Positions 12,351 through 24,850 are shown, numbered from the stretch's first letter. The stretch: DNA of 64,000 bases from Octopus bimaculoides (GCF_001194135.2 NC_068984.1:18047765-18111764); one strand, 5' to 3'. Notes: generated by a model not told the origin, from the letters alone. Numbers and translations are program-made.

Positions 12351-12504
12351 GTTTTTAAATATTTTCTTTTTGGTTTTTAAATATTTTCTTTTGATTCTTT
12401 GCATTGTAATAAGTCAGAGTAAGTCAGTTTGCTTAGACCTGAACTTAATGAACAAGAAAACAGTTGGCCTTTTTATTGGTAAAATGGTTATTGTAGTTTA
12501 ATCT

Positions 12505-12670
12505 CAGATGAGATCTGATCAAGCAAACCTAGGTTTGAAGGTGTTCCAGCCATGACCATCCTTTCTTTGTTTTAAGGCACATATCCAATGTGTCCTTCCT
12601 CTTTAAAGATGGGAGGGAGTGATACAAAAGATGTTTAGCTGGTCATTTGACTGTATAGAGTGTTGATCAT
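12505..12670. repeat. Interspersed repeat (family E) fragment
   Basis: ctgatcaagc...gaaggtgttccagccatgaccatcc. Related pieces lie at about 3445-3635 and 54430-54490. Confidence 0.5.
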
Positions 12671-12729
12671 TGGCTTGTTTTTGAGAGGTTAGCATGAGTT
12701 GTCTGGTCAAGGAGAGGATTTTTTTAAAT

Positions 12730-12930
12730 TTTTGTTTTAAAGGTTGCCAAGGAATTTGATAGATCTGCAGAAAGCTGCTTCAATAGAATTATGTATGATT
12801 TGATAATTGTAATGTCTATGCACAGAGTTATCTTGGTTATAATTACTTCTGGAATCGGATAATTAGGCATTGCTTTTTGGACATTGAATCTGTTTAGGCA
12901 TCAATACTTTTGGATACTGGAGGCCAATAT
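12730..12930 (-). mobile_element. LINE C-terminal fragment (CR1-like), very decayed
   Basis: Minus-strand translation EYWPP..., NVQKAMP..., SNSLATFKTK. Confidence 0.4.
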
Positions 12931-13066
12931 TCACATGTGCATTCAGAAATATACACATACAGATAGATAGATTGAGAGAGAGAGAGAGAGGGAGGGGTTA
13001 CAATTCATTGAGTACAAATGACATTAACACTTTCTTTCTCCTCATATACATAGAGAGAAATATATT

Positions 13067-13336
13067 TTTATTTCTTTATTGCCCACAAGGGGCTAAACAT
13101 AGAGGGGACAAACAAGTACAGACGAAGGGATTAAGTTGATTATATCGACCCCAGTGCGTAACTGGTACTTATTTAATCGATCCCGAAAGGATGAAAAGCA
13201 AAGTCGACCTCGGCGGAATTTGAACTCAGAACGTCAAGACAGACGAAATACCGCTAGGCATTTTGCCCGGCATGTTAACGTTTCTGCCAGCTCGCTGCCT
13301 TATTGTCCTAACGATTCTGCCAGTTCCCTGCCCTCT
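13067..13336 (-). mobile_element. SINE family C copy with duplicated head and 16-bp TSD
   Basis: Reverse complement of 9145-9377. TAGAGAGAAATATATT occurs at 13051-13066 and 13337-13352. Confidence 0.92.
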
Positions 13337-13484
13337 TAGAGAGAAATATATTGAGACACAAAGAGAGACAGAGAAAGAGAGAACATAAGACACATTAGAA
13401 TATCAAATAAATCAGCAGCAAATTGGCAACAACAGATTGGGGGCACCAAAACATCTCATACCCAATTTCTTATTCCTAGGTGTT

Positions 13485-13630
13485 TCAATATACACAGCAT
13501 GCTGGCACCACATAAAAAAGCACCCAGTACACTCAGTAAAGTGGTTAGCAGTTCGGAAGGACAGCTCCTGTGAAACCATCCAACTTATGCCAGTGTGGAA
13601 AACCAATGTAAAACTGATGTCAAATGAGGA
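13485..13630 (+). mobile_element. SINE family B fragment
   Basis: gcaccacataaaaaagcacccagtacactc...aaaccatccaacttatgccagtgtggaaaacc. Confidence 0.7.
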
Positions 13631-13669
13631 AGATGTTGTTAGATCATGTGGCTTTTGATTCTTTATCAT

Positions 13670-14080
13670 CATATCCACATTGCCATAAAGCTATGGGTTT
13701 CCATGGTTTTGTGTGATGACGATTGCAACACATTCTGAGATTTGAACTCGAGACTGTCTCCTTCAAAGAGTGTAAATCTGCAATGACGGTTTAGTATGTG
13801 TAGGAGACTGGGTTGTACATTGCTTGCAGGATTTATCATTTCCTGATGGATGTTTTTTTTTTCTTTTAAAATTTTTGAAGTATTTGATAAGAATATTTGT
13901 TTGATGTAGAAATATGTTGTTTCATGTTATTGTTATAATCTTTTTGGAATTATTGATGCTGCTAATTGCTCTATATATGGATTTGTTGTATATTTTGTGA
14001 TTCAGAGTGAATCTGAAAGCTTGCCAGAAATTTTTGTTAATTTTTTCTCATGCATTCTTTGACTTTCTAGACATTATTGT
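13670..14080 (-). mobile_element. LINE RT N-terminal fragment, very decayed
   Basis: Minus-strand PSGNDK (like KSPGxD) and WKPIAL..NVD (like WRPISLLNVD), spread across frameshifts. Confidence 0.4.
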
Positions 14081-14227
14081 GTTCCACTGTAATTATTCCC
14101 TTCATCAAACAGAACCAACTACTAAAAAGTTAGATACCTAATGTTATTATTGTCTTATTTGTTTGCTTGCTTGATTATTGCTTAATTGTCCACTCTGGTT
14201 GATCAAACTATAGAAGTTAGAAGCATC

Positions 14228-14642
14228 CACATTTTTACCAATAACTCATCATCATGCAGTGTCCACTTTTCCATGCTTGCTTCAGTCAGATGAAATTTTT
14301 TGAAGCAGTTACTCTACAGCCAGATGCCCTCCCTATCACCAACCCTCACCTGTTTCCAATCAAAGTAATGCTTCCCCATAGCGAGACATGTTTTTCATGG
14401 AAGAAAGGAAACAGTCTTACTTGTTTGATGATAATGCCTATTTACAGTCATCATGTGGTGTCTAGACAAGAATACACACACATATGTGGCTTCTTTCAGT
14501 TTCTGACTACCAAATCCACTCTCAAGGTTTCGGTCAGATCAGGACCATAGTAGAAAACACTTCCCTACAATGCCATGCAGTGAAATTTAATCCAAGACCT
14601 TAAAGTTGAGAAGCAAGCTTCTCAATTACTTAGCCACACCTG
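14228..14642 (-). mobile_element. Composite SINE (family-A head plus family-B tail)
   Basis: catcatcatgcagtgtccactttccatgcttg...cagatgccctccc, then ggcttctttcagtttctgactaccaaatccact...aagcaagcttctc...ccacacct. Confidence 0.8.
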
Positions 14643-15599
14643 TACTTACATAATAAAAACAATAGTATTTTATTTTATTTTTTGTTCTTTAAAATTTTGC
14701 CATTTTTATGAGCTAGGTTTTTCAATATCTGCTACTCAAACTATGGGTAACTTGGAAAGGGAAATTATGGTGTCTGCTCTATCTCTGAGTTTGAAACCTT
14801 AAATCAGGAGTGGAGCAGGGGATGTATGCATTAATTTTGTTTTGTGTTTGAGTACCACCATAGATCTTATAAGTGGTACCGTCTTCTAAGATTACTGTTT
14901 TGTCTTCACTTAACAAAATGGTGTCCATTGATTTTGTCAATTTTCATCAAAAGTTTTAAAGGTATTAATTTTATTTTTCAACCTGTTGTATACTTTCATA
15001 ATGTGTGTTGTCGTATTGAAACCTTTCTTGTTTCTAAACAACAATAGCTTATTCTAATAGCTTGTTCAGTTTTAATGATTGTGTTATTTTTTGTTGTGGT
15101 TTCCTTGGCTGTTATGATTGTCATTGAATGTGTTTGACACTCCCATAGAATGCTTCCTTTATGAAGCTTTGTAGAATTGTCTTTAGAAAGATCATTTTAG
15201 CTTGAATATCACACTGAAAACAAATTAAGTACATGAGAAAATAAAGAAGACAGTTGTGCTACTTAAGCTGTTCTATGTATGGCATTATTCCGAAATCTAA
15301 ATGTAATATTGGGAAGTATTTGCCTGCAAGTTTAATGAAACCATGTAGACTATGTGAAATATTCCACTGACACTGTAGTTTGCAATAGATTTTTTTTTGT
15401 TTTGTTTATGATGTTTAAGCAATGTAAAATGAAGATCGTTGTTTGATGGGACTTTTAGTTACAACCATTCTCTCTCTTTTTGAGAGATGTGTTTCGAAGA
15501 TTTAAGAGTTAAATGTGTCTCTCCTAGTAAAGATACTAGCCTTATTGGAGAACATTTTGGCCACTTTATTAGCAGTTAAATCTACTATATTTTATGAGC

Positions 15600-16405
15600 T
15601 ATGCTCTCATGACATTCCAAGAACAATCTCCAGGTCTTTATGAAAATTTGTTGAGGTCTCTTAATTCTTCAAGCTCACACTTAGTCTCAACAAAACAGAG
15701 GTTAACAATACCATACCTTCTCAATATTTGCATTGATGGCACCCAGATAAAGGTCGTTGTCTAAGTGTCATCTCCTCTGATAGCTTTCTCAACAAGGAAA
15801 CAGATGTATGTATGAGCAAAAGGTAGCCAGTCACTGGATTGCCTGTAATCACATGTGTCACATTACAAAAATGTCACATCGACAATGAAAATCAAAATCT
15901 ATCAAGAAGTTGTACTGACATTCCTCTTATATGGATGTAAATAAAACCTGGACATTGTACTGAAGACATTGCAGACAGCCTGAATATTAATTTGGAAATG
16001 TTGGACAGAACTGGTACGGTCAGTGTTAAGACTATGGGGATGAAAACTGAGCTATGTTGGACTAGACTAAACCATCTACCTTGCTAAATACTCTTTAGGG
16101 TATCCCCTAAGAGCCAACAAATGTCTGGTTGCTCAAAAAGGAGATATAAGCACAATATCAAGGATATTTTGAATTGTTTGTAGTTAAATAGTGTGTTAGG
16201 ACTACAAAAAAGAAAATCCTTCTCATCTTGTGAAAAAAAAAAAAAAAAGGATCTCTCAGAGAATTATAGATGCTAGAGTGTCTCAGGCTGACCACTTTAT
16301 CCATGCTAGCTATGATCACTGCAGCTTTCCAGTGTCTACAGCACCCTGAAGTGTGCATGTTACAGACTACAGTTGCTTACTACATTCATATCCACAATAG
16401 ACTGT
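15600..16405 (+). mobile_element. Decayed RTE (BovB-like) LINE 3' portion
   Basis: KLTLSLNKTEV, LSSDSFLNKETD, KIKIYQEVVLTFLLYGC..TWTLY, RYKHNIK and a terminal degenerate C2H2-like FQCLQHPEVC...HIH. Confidence 0.8.
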
Positions 16406-16467
16406 TTCATGAAACAGCATTATTGGCTAATAATGGTCTGCTAATGTTATTATTATCATTATTACTT

Positions 16468-16680
16468 AAGGTGGAAAGCTGGCAGAGTTGTTAGCATGCT
16501 GGGTAAAATGCTTAATGGCCTTTTGTCCATCTTTACATTCTGAGTTCAAATTCTACCAAGGTTGACTTTACCTTTCATCCTTTTGGGGTCAATAAAATAA
16601 GTACCAGTTGAGCACTGGGGTCATTGTAATAAACCCCTCCCTCAAAATTGTTAGCCTTGTGCCAAATTTTGAAACCAATG
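16468..16680 (+). mobile_element. SINE family C2 (alternative 3' end)
   Basis: gctggcagag..ttagcatgctgggtaaaatgctt...ttctgagttcaaattc...aagtaccagttgagcactgggg...cttgtgccaaattttgaaacc. Confidence 0.85.
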
Positions 16681-18809
16681 TTGTAAGTTCCATTAATTGT
16701 TGTTATCATGTAATTTTTTTTTTCTAATTAAAGTTCTAGTTTACCTAGCTGCAATAAAAGAATTGCTTTATAGTTGAAAAAGAGATAGCTACATCATAAC
16801 ATTGAAATGGATAGTTATACAACATAATGAACTTTATTTTGTTAATTTTTTCATTATTTCCATTGCTGATTTCTTGCTTTACATTATTACTCTTCCATTT
16901 GTCGTCCTTTGTTTTTATGTTCTTTGCATTTCTAAGTTATCAAAAATTTAAGAATTTAAAGCAAATGTCTTAAAAATCAATATTTTAAAATATTCTGCAA
17001 GTTAATTTCTTTTTCCTTGCTTATGAAGTTATAAGGATTCAGGAAAGGAAACTAATGTATGCTTTATTTTTAGGAATTAAACTTAAAATTTAATAATGAT
17101 CACCCCTACCCCACTTCAGAATTTTATTGAGCTAGGGTAGGCAGCTAGCGATATTTAAAGACACGATCATTTAAATACGGAAAACAAAATTTTCGTGAAA
17201 ATATTTTGAATCAGAAAATAAGCAAGGTTTCTCTCAAAGAGCACCTTAATTTTAGCTGAGATTGATAATTGGTTAATAATTGGACTTCAGTTGAATGAAT
17301 TAAATTTTCATTACTTCTGTTTTGTTCATAAAATATTAAAATATGGTGAGGAAACAAAACAAAAAAAACTACAATTAAATAAACAAATATTTTCTGTGAT
17401 TCATTCATAGTTCTCTACTAGCACAGGCATTAAAAGCAAATTATAGAAATAAGAATCTTGTATTACCGATAAGGACAGGTCTTCATTCCATGAAATGTCT
17501 TTTTGTTTCTGTAAAAAGATCTTTCTCAATGATTAATTGAAAAACTATGTCTTGGAGGTGATAACCTGAGCAATACAATAAACTGAGAGTATAATTTGCT
17601 CACCTTAATTAGTATACAGGGATTAAGGTACAAACCAAAAAGGAAAAGGCTTCATCAAAGAAAATAAAAATTCTATAGAACTTTTGAATATAACTGTAGA
17701 ATATGGTATGTCTAAGGTTCTAATAATCAATTCTTTGGTTGGCATTGTCAATAATGTATCTTAAAACTTCTTTCAACAGACATCTTCCTTCATAGATATT
17801 CTTCCTTAAGTATGTAATCAATATTTCAGAAGTGATGCTAAATATTGATTTAACCTTTGCTTTTGGCCAGGAAATTTTAATCCATGAAGTAAGTTTCAAG
17901 TCAGGATTAAATTGATAAAATGTGTATTCACATTTTTCATTTTTATTTATAATATATTCACTGACAATATGCAAGAGGAATTCCAACCATGTTTTACGGT
18001 TTGCTACCTAAACAGCTCCTTTATAGGATCCAGTGGCTTAAGACATCATAAGGAGGAACCATGTCCGGTTTGGACCCCTACCCCTCTCCTGTTTTTGATG
18101 TGGCGCCCCTCCCCCTCGGAAGTGTCTTCAGCTCTGGTGTTGAATGCGTTTTTTTCTTTCTCCTTTTTCTTTTGTTCTTTGGTTTCTTCGATTCAGCATC
18201 AACGAATCTCAGTGGGCAAATGGCCATTCTGCCAAATTTCCCTTTAAATACTCACCAGTAGGCTCCAGCAGCCAACACCAGCTAACTGTCATGCCACACT
18301 ATCTAAGCTTCAACTGATCAATGGAAGGGAAGGGCGTGTAGTTTTGGCCTGTGCCCTCTCTAAACCTGCCTTCCAACAGTATCATGTTAGTTTCAGTTCC
18401 AGCAGCCAGAGCCAACCAGGTGCTGTTTGGTGGTACAAGCCTTCGAACCAGGAGGAGGGCATGCTATGAATGAGATCGCTATCTTGGCCTACCTGTTAAT
18501 CAACGATGTTGCTTAAGTGTCAGCCAGTCTCACCTAGCAATGCTATTTCTCAGTTTGCATGTATTGACTCAACGTATATTAACTCAACTTGCATAATTTG
18601 GTGTTTGTAGTAAATATTATGAAATACGTTTTGAATAAATGTTTGAACCATAGACTGGAATGACATGAATTCTTTTTCTCTGTATCTTCTGTACGCACAC
18701 ACACACACACACACACATTCACATATATATTTAGTGTTGCATTAGTAAATCTCGGTTTGGTCTACAGTGGTATAGTAAATATATAACTAGGGTGTACAGT
18801 TGACCGAAA

Positions 18810-19030
18810 GGGCATTGCCAGTGTGGTTAAGAAGTCTACTTGCCACCTACATGGTTTTGGTTTCAGTGCATGTGTATGCCACCTGGACAAGTGTCTTCTA
18901 ATGTAGTCCTAGGTTGGCCAAAGCCGTCTGAGTGGATTTTGGAAGACAGAAACTGAAAGAATCCCATCATATATGCCTGTGTGTGTTATTGTTGTGGTAG
19001 TGGTGTTGTCTCCCTGTCTTGACATGGTGC
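18810..19030 (+). mobile_element. Degenerate family-A SINE
   Basis: gtgtggttaagaag...ggacaagtgtcttcta...ccaaagcc..gagtggatttt...gaaactgaaagaatccc. Confidence 0.75.
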
Positions 19031-20422
19031 AACATTTTTGTCAGTAAAAATCACCATCATACTACTGATACCATTCAGTTATAATCTTCAATGAAAACTT
19101 CTGTCAATTGTATTTGGTTGTTTGTATAAAAATATATTGGGACAAATGTTTACTACTGCTTAAATCTCACCCATGGTGACTGAACTGTTGCAAATTCTGA
19201 CACAGTTTGGTTATCTTGTCAATACCTCCTAACTTGTGTTATGATTGGCAACAAGTTCGTCCTGGTTTACTAGGTTAGCCATTATGAATATCTTAAGAAA
19301 AATACATAAACAAATAATCACACATACACACATGCCTCAGTGAATTCAGAACTCTTAAAATTACCAGAAATTCACAATAATTTTAAACAGGTATTATTGT
19401 CGTAGCTTGGCTTTGGTTAAGCCGTGTAATTGTTTTGGTTTTTAGTAAAAAAAATTGCAATTCATAATAGGTGCTTAAATATGTCAATTTCTCTTTATGT
19501 TCCTCAAGCTTATCGCTAATTTTGCTAGTTAGAAAGAAAAAACTCGTTATAAATTGTACATTATTTTCCCATTTATGTATCTTAAATCATTTTAAATTTA
19601 ATTGCTTTTAATGATTTTAATACTTTTTCATTATTTAAGTCTCATAATATAAGATAAAAAGAAAGCTTAGCTTTAATAAGATTAACTTGATATTTGCTAA
19701 ATGCCAACTCTGGCGACATTGAATTTCATAGATTTTTAGGATAAAATTTACTGAAAACTTACAAAAATATTTAAAGATGGTTTATTGGATGTGAGGTTAC
19801 ATAAAATACTTCATTCAACTGCATAGGCTAACAGAGATAATTAAACGTGAACGTGTTTTTCATTTTGTGCTTTATGTTAATGTAAGAGCATTTAAGTGAT
19901 AAAAATAAATCCTTCTCCATAAAATAATCGTTTTATTACACATTTATAGAGATAAAATGTTGATCTGTGTTGTTGCTCTCTCCTGTTTAATGCTCCTTTT
20001 ACTAGTTATGCCCTAATTCTTCTCAATGTACTCTTTGTTGAAACTTGTTTATCATTGTTATGTAATCTCAGTTTCTCCATACTGGCTAGATTCATTAAGC
20101 TGTAAATTTATGTCACCAGTTTTCTGAATCTTAATTTATGTTATTTCTCATTCATGTTAAGCTACCAGCCTAATACTTTATCTATTTGATTTCTATTTAC
20201 TCTCTCTATCTACCAACATTATTGTTGGTAGACAGAGAAAAAAAAAAGGAAATACCTGATCATCCTGAGACATTCATTGCACTTGTTGCATTTAGAGTTG
20301 AAAAGCTATAGCATTGATAATAACTGCCCTTTATGTGACAGAATTGCAAGAATATGACACAGTTTTGAGGATATAAAGTACAGATCATTTTGCAGTGGGG
20401 AAACCAGCTGAGCAGGAATATA

Positions 20423-21655
20423 TTGGGTCATCCCATAAATAATGTGTTTTTTTATACTTCTTTCATTCTTCAAAATTAAGATAAACAAAGTTCTTTTTTA
20501 ATCTAAAAATATGCTCTCCTTCATTTTCTACAATGCTCATCCATTTATCTGGTAGATTTGCAAAGCCTCACTTCTAAAATTCACTTGTTCGTGATGAAAA
20601 TTACTCCTTCAGTACTGTTCTGGCCTCGTCTACAGAATCCATATTTTTTCCATCCAAATGATTTTGAAGTCTGCAGAATAAATGATAATCAAATGGGGCA
20701 ATGTCCAGTGAATATGGTGGGTGGGGCATCATTTCCCATTCAAACTGCTCCAGCCTTTGGAATGTCATCTTCGCTGTATGTGGCCAAGCATTATCCTGAA
20801 ACCAAAGATGGTTGTTTTTCTTCTAGTGCTGCTCAAGCTGCTCACAGTAGATCTCCTTTGTTATCATTTGGTTTGGGTTTAAAAATTCAAAGTGGACTAA
20901 ACTTTTCATATCCCACCAAACAAGTAACAACACTCTATGTGGGTGAAGACCTTCTTTAGCCTGGGGTGCTGGTGTTTCTCTTTTCCCTACCCATTCTCTT
21001 AAGCACTTGACATTTTTATAGAGAACCCATTTCTTGCCACCAGTCACTATTCGGTCCAAAAAGGGTCCGTGACAGCAAAGAAGAGCACAAAAATAAAGTC
21101 TGTGTGCGATTAGACTTGGAAAGTTTGTGAAGAACCCATTGACCCAATTTTATGACTTTTCCAATGGCACGCAGATGTCGTTGAATGACCAAATCCAAGC
21201 TTCTCTGCTAGTTCCTCAACTGTTAGAATGGGATTTTGTTCCACCAGGGTTTGCAGGATGTCTTCGTCAAGCTCTACAGATCTTCCAGGATGAGACTCAT
21301 CTTCTAGGCTGTAGTTTCCATCTTGGAATTTCTAGAACCACCGCTGACACTGGCTTACGCTTATTGTCCGCTCCCCATATACTGCTTTAATATTCCTCAC
21401 ACCTTTCTGTCAGTTGTTTTCTTTATTGAACTCATAAAGCAAAATATGCCAAACATGCTCCTTTGTCACTTCCATTATAGCTTTGGAAAAATAACAGTTA
21501 AAATTGAGCTACACTCTTCTAAAATCGAACTACACTCTTCAAAACTTGCACAAGGTAAAATTACTACCTGCTTTTATAGCAATTTGATGCAAGTAGTTTA
21601 TCCAACTTTTAGTTTATGCAATTGAAAAAACCGCATTATTTATGGCATTACCCAA
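20423..21655 (-). mobile_element. Full-length mariner element (1233 bp) with pseudogenised transposase
   Basis: TIRs TTGGGTCATCCCATAAATAATGTGTTTTTT / TTGGGTAATGCCATAAATAATGCGGTTTTTT with TA flanks. Minus-strand MEVTKEHVWHILLYEF (ATG 21475), DRIVTGGKKWVLY, GLHPHRVLLLVWWD, FQDNAWPH, HPPYSLDIAPFDYHLF. Stops and frameshifts present. Confidence 0.95.
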
Positions 21656-22039
21656 TATATCTAGTGTTGGCTTTGCTATGGTATCAGGAACAGTTTTGTG
21701 GCCAAAGTAGACCAAGAACCAACTGCTATGTGTAAGTAGGTGATGTGTTTGAGAATTCTCATTGGAAAGGGGTGCTATACTATATTGATGAATGTTTTAC
21801 ATACCCTGATGATAGAGAAGGATCAAAGATAGGTGGTAGATTCAGTTTGACATAATCCCAGCTCTTGTTTCGTGGTAATTGTCATTATAGACAACCCACT
21901 AAATTTCCATGAATGCTAAACCTCAAAATTCCTGATTTTCTCCTTGTTTATCCCACATATATCCTATGATTAAATCTGCTTCCCAAAGACTATACTTGCT
22001 CTTCAGAACCAGAAAAATATTTCGGCTCTGCTCAATTTG

Positions 22040-22310
22040 GCCCTGTGGTTAGGGTGTCACCTTTACAGTCACCAGATTGTGGTTGCAATTCCTGGACCAA
22101 ATGGTGTCTTGTGTCTTTTCTGAGTGATACACTTCATTTCCTGTTGCTCCAATCCACTCACCTGTAAATGAATAACCCTGTTATGGACTGGCATCCCATT
22201 CAGTGATACAGTGATCTCCATGGAAACTGGGTAACTCTCCCTATGAGTCCCAAGACTCAAGGCAGTAATGTTCAGGGGTTGATGATGGTGATCAATTGGA
22301 GACTCCCTGT
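22040..22310 (+). mobile_element. SINE family D/F copy (tRNA-like head, ctgttatggactggcatcccattcag block)
   Basis: Homologous to 46030-46275 and inverted to 29335-29630 and 31130-31315. Confidence 0.7.
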
Positions 22311-22367
22311 AAAGCTTAAAAGCAAAAAAAGACTTGTAGTACTCACACGTCTGGGGCAGAAATGCTA

Positions 22368-22373
22368 CTACTA

Positions 22374-22420
<47 letters not shown>

Positions 22421-22425
22421 CATGC
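22368..22425. repeat. (CTA)n-(CA)n microsatellite
   Basis: Directly visible. Confidence 0.95.
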
Positions 22426-22838
22426 ACATCATACATTTCATACTTTTGACTGATTAGCAAAGGCTCAGCAACACAAAACGACATCTGGCCTATAGTGACC
22501 TATCTTACTACTATACTGGCCCCAGGAACTTGCATATCACGTTCCCCTAGACCAACTTGAAACACCCATCTCTCTCTTCTCATTATTCCTGCTGTCTCAC
22601 CACCCAAACTCCACCCTAACTATTTTTTTAACCAAATCTTTCTTTCTCAGAATATCGTTCCCTTAGAATTTTCTTCACCAACATTTCCCCAGAGGTTATT
22701 GAGCTATCGATGTTCAAGCTGGAAAATCAACCATACTGACTTCACCAGTCTCAGAGGGCCTGTGCAGTCAGAGGCACCATTCCTCCTCCAGACTAAGGCA
22801 TAAGAACAGTGCATTTTTGCACTGCACATCATGATGAT

Positions 22839-22842
<4 letters not shown>

Positions 22843-22920
<78 letters not shown>
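22843..22920. repeat. (TG)n-(TA)n microsatellite
   Basis: Directly visible. Confidence 0.97.
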
Positions 22921-23286
22921 CTGTCTCTCTTAAGTATGTTCACCAATATCTTGATATTCAATTTCCTGATCAATTCTTTTGCACTTATTTCTTACCCCCA
23001 CAGCAACTCGATCTTTGTTCTGTACTAAATTGATTCTTACTGATGTTAGTCACTACTTCACTTGTTGAACTTTTAGTGATTATATTGATTCATTCTTGCT
23101 TTTAGTTTGTTGTATTATAAGATCATATTGCCTATCTTAATTTAGAAATTGAAGGTCTTTTACACTTGGAGTAGATTTCTTACTGCTTTACATGATCACA
23201 CTACTCATATTTACATTTTGGTAAAGAAGAATGGGATAGTCTAAACAACCTATAATTCTTCAACAGTGACTCACAGCCCATCCCTT

Positions 23287-23331
<45 letters not shown>

Positions 23332-23782
23332 NNNNNNNNNNNNNNNNNNNNNNNNNNNNNNNNNNNNNNNNNNNNNNNNNNNNNNNNNNNNNNNNNNNNN
23401 NNNNNNNNNNNNNNNNNNNNNNNNNNNNNNNNNNNNNNNNNNNNNNNNNNNNNNNNNNNNNNNNNNNNNNNNNNNNNNNNNNNNNNNNNNNNNNNNNNNN
23501 NNNNNNNNNNNNNNNNNNNNNNNNNNNNNNNNNNNNNNNNNNNNNNNNNNNNNNNNNNNNNNNNNNNNNNNNNNNNNNNNNNNNNNNNNNNNNNNNNNNN
23601 NNNNNNNNNNNNNNNNNNNNNNNNNNNNNNNNNNNNNNNNNNNNNNNNNNNNNNNNNNNNNNNNNNNNNNNNNNNNNNNNNNNNNNNNNNNNNNNNNNNN
23701 NNNNNNNNNNNNNNNNNNNNNNNNNNNNNNNNNNNNNNNNNNNNNNNNNNNNNNNNNNNNNNNNNNNNNNNNNNNNNNNNNN
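23332..23782. other. Assembly gap (N), flanked by (TA)n
   Basis: Run of N. Confidence 1.
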
Positions 23783-23890
23783 ATATATGAGAATGTATAA
23801 AGGAAAGTAGCATGGCTCAAAATTTACTCGGCATATATGACATGGCCATGTCATCCGCTGCTTGGGACTGATTGAGAGAAATTATATATA

Positions 23891-24322
23891 CAGGCTGTTT
23901 CAAAATATTTGATATCATTTGAGATGTAAATATCACAGAAACTACATAGTCAAAGCAAATGAAACTAAGCAGGCTTAATGTTGAGCAACATAAGATTTAT
24001 TCCTCCATATTTGAATGAGAAATTCAAAGGTATGTGGATTCCATGAACGATTTCACATCGTCTCTCATATTTCCCTCAAAGAAAAACAGGCCATAAAGAT
24101 GCTGCTTGGAGATAGCACAGAAAACATTCACTTTTGGCGAGTCCCTCTCATGCTCAACTGTGGCATGGGAATTTTCTTCGCCCCAAATACGAACATTATG
24201 CTTACTGACTTTGCCATTCATATGAAATGTGGCCTCGTCACTGAAAACATGCCATTCCTTGAACTCAGCTTCTTCAAGTTTCTCTTGCATATCAACACAG
24301 AATTGTTTGCGCTTTTGCTTGT
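23891..24322 (-). mobile_element. Truncated Tc1-like transposon (one terminus plus catalytic-domain fragment)
   Basis: TA|CAGGCTGTTTCAAAA terminus at 23891. Minus-strand VFSDEATFHMNGKVSKHNVRIWGEENSH..EHERDSPKVNVFCAIS..YGLFFFEG. Ends in a (CA)n tract. Confidence 0.88.
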
Positions 24323-24353
<31 letters not shown>

Positions 24354-24639
24354 TAGGCTCTGTACAGTTGTTTCCAACTAGCACATTGAAGAGATCAGTC
24401 ATTGCAGGGCTTTAGTAGAAGGCACTTTCGCAAGGAGCTGTACATTGTGTGTTACACACACACACACACACACACAACTGTGTGAATAAAAAAATTGATG
24501 CCAAACATGGGGTCCTAGTTTCAATCCCCTGACATTTTATGGCATGAAATTTTTTCCCTTGTCTTGCAATGGATCCAGACCTCATGTATGCAGTCTGGTA
24601 GAGAGAAATTGTATAGAATTCTATCAGATGGAGTGTACT

Positions 24640-24850
24640 TGTAATTAAAACATCCATCCTTGTCACACTGCATCATATTGATTCTACCTGAGAATTACAT
24701 TAAGGGTACACATGTCTATGGAATACTCAGCCACTTGCATGCTAATTCAGTGCTGAAGCCATCTAGTTGGTCAAACAACTGTATGGCCTTGTCATATTCA
24801 TATATCGAAATCGATGGGAGAGTTTTGCTGTATCCACACATCAAATATGT
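24640..24850 (+). mobile_element. 3' half of SINE family D
   Basis: ccttgtcacac...cctgagaattacattaagggtacacatgtctatggaatactcagccacttgc matches 35920-36010. Confidence 0.7.
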
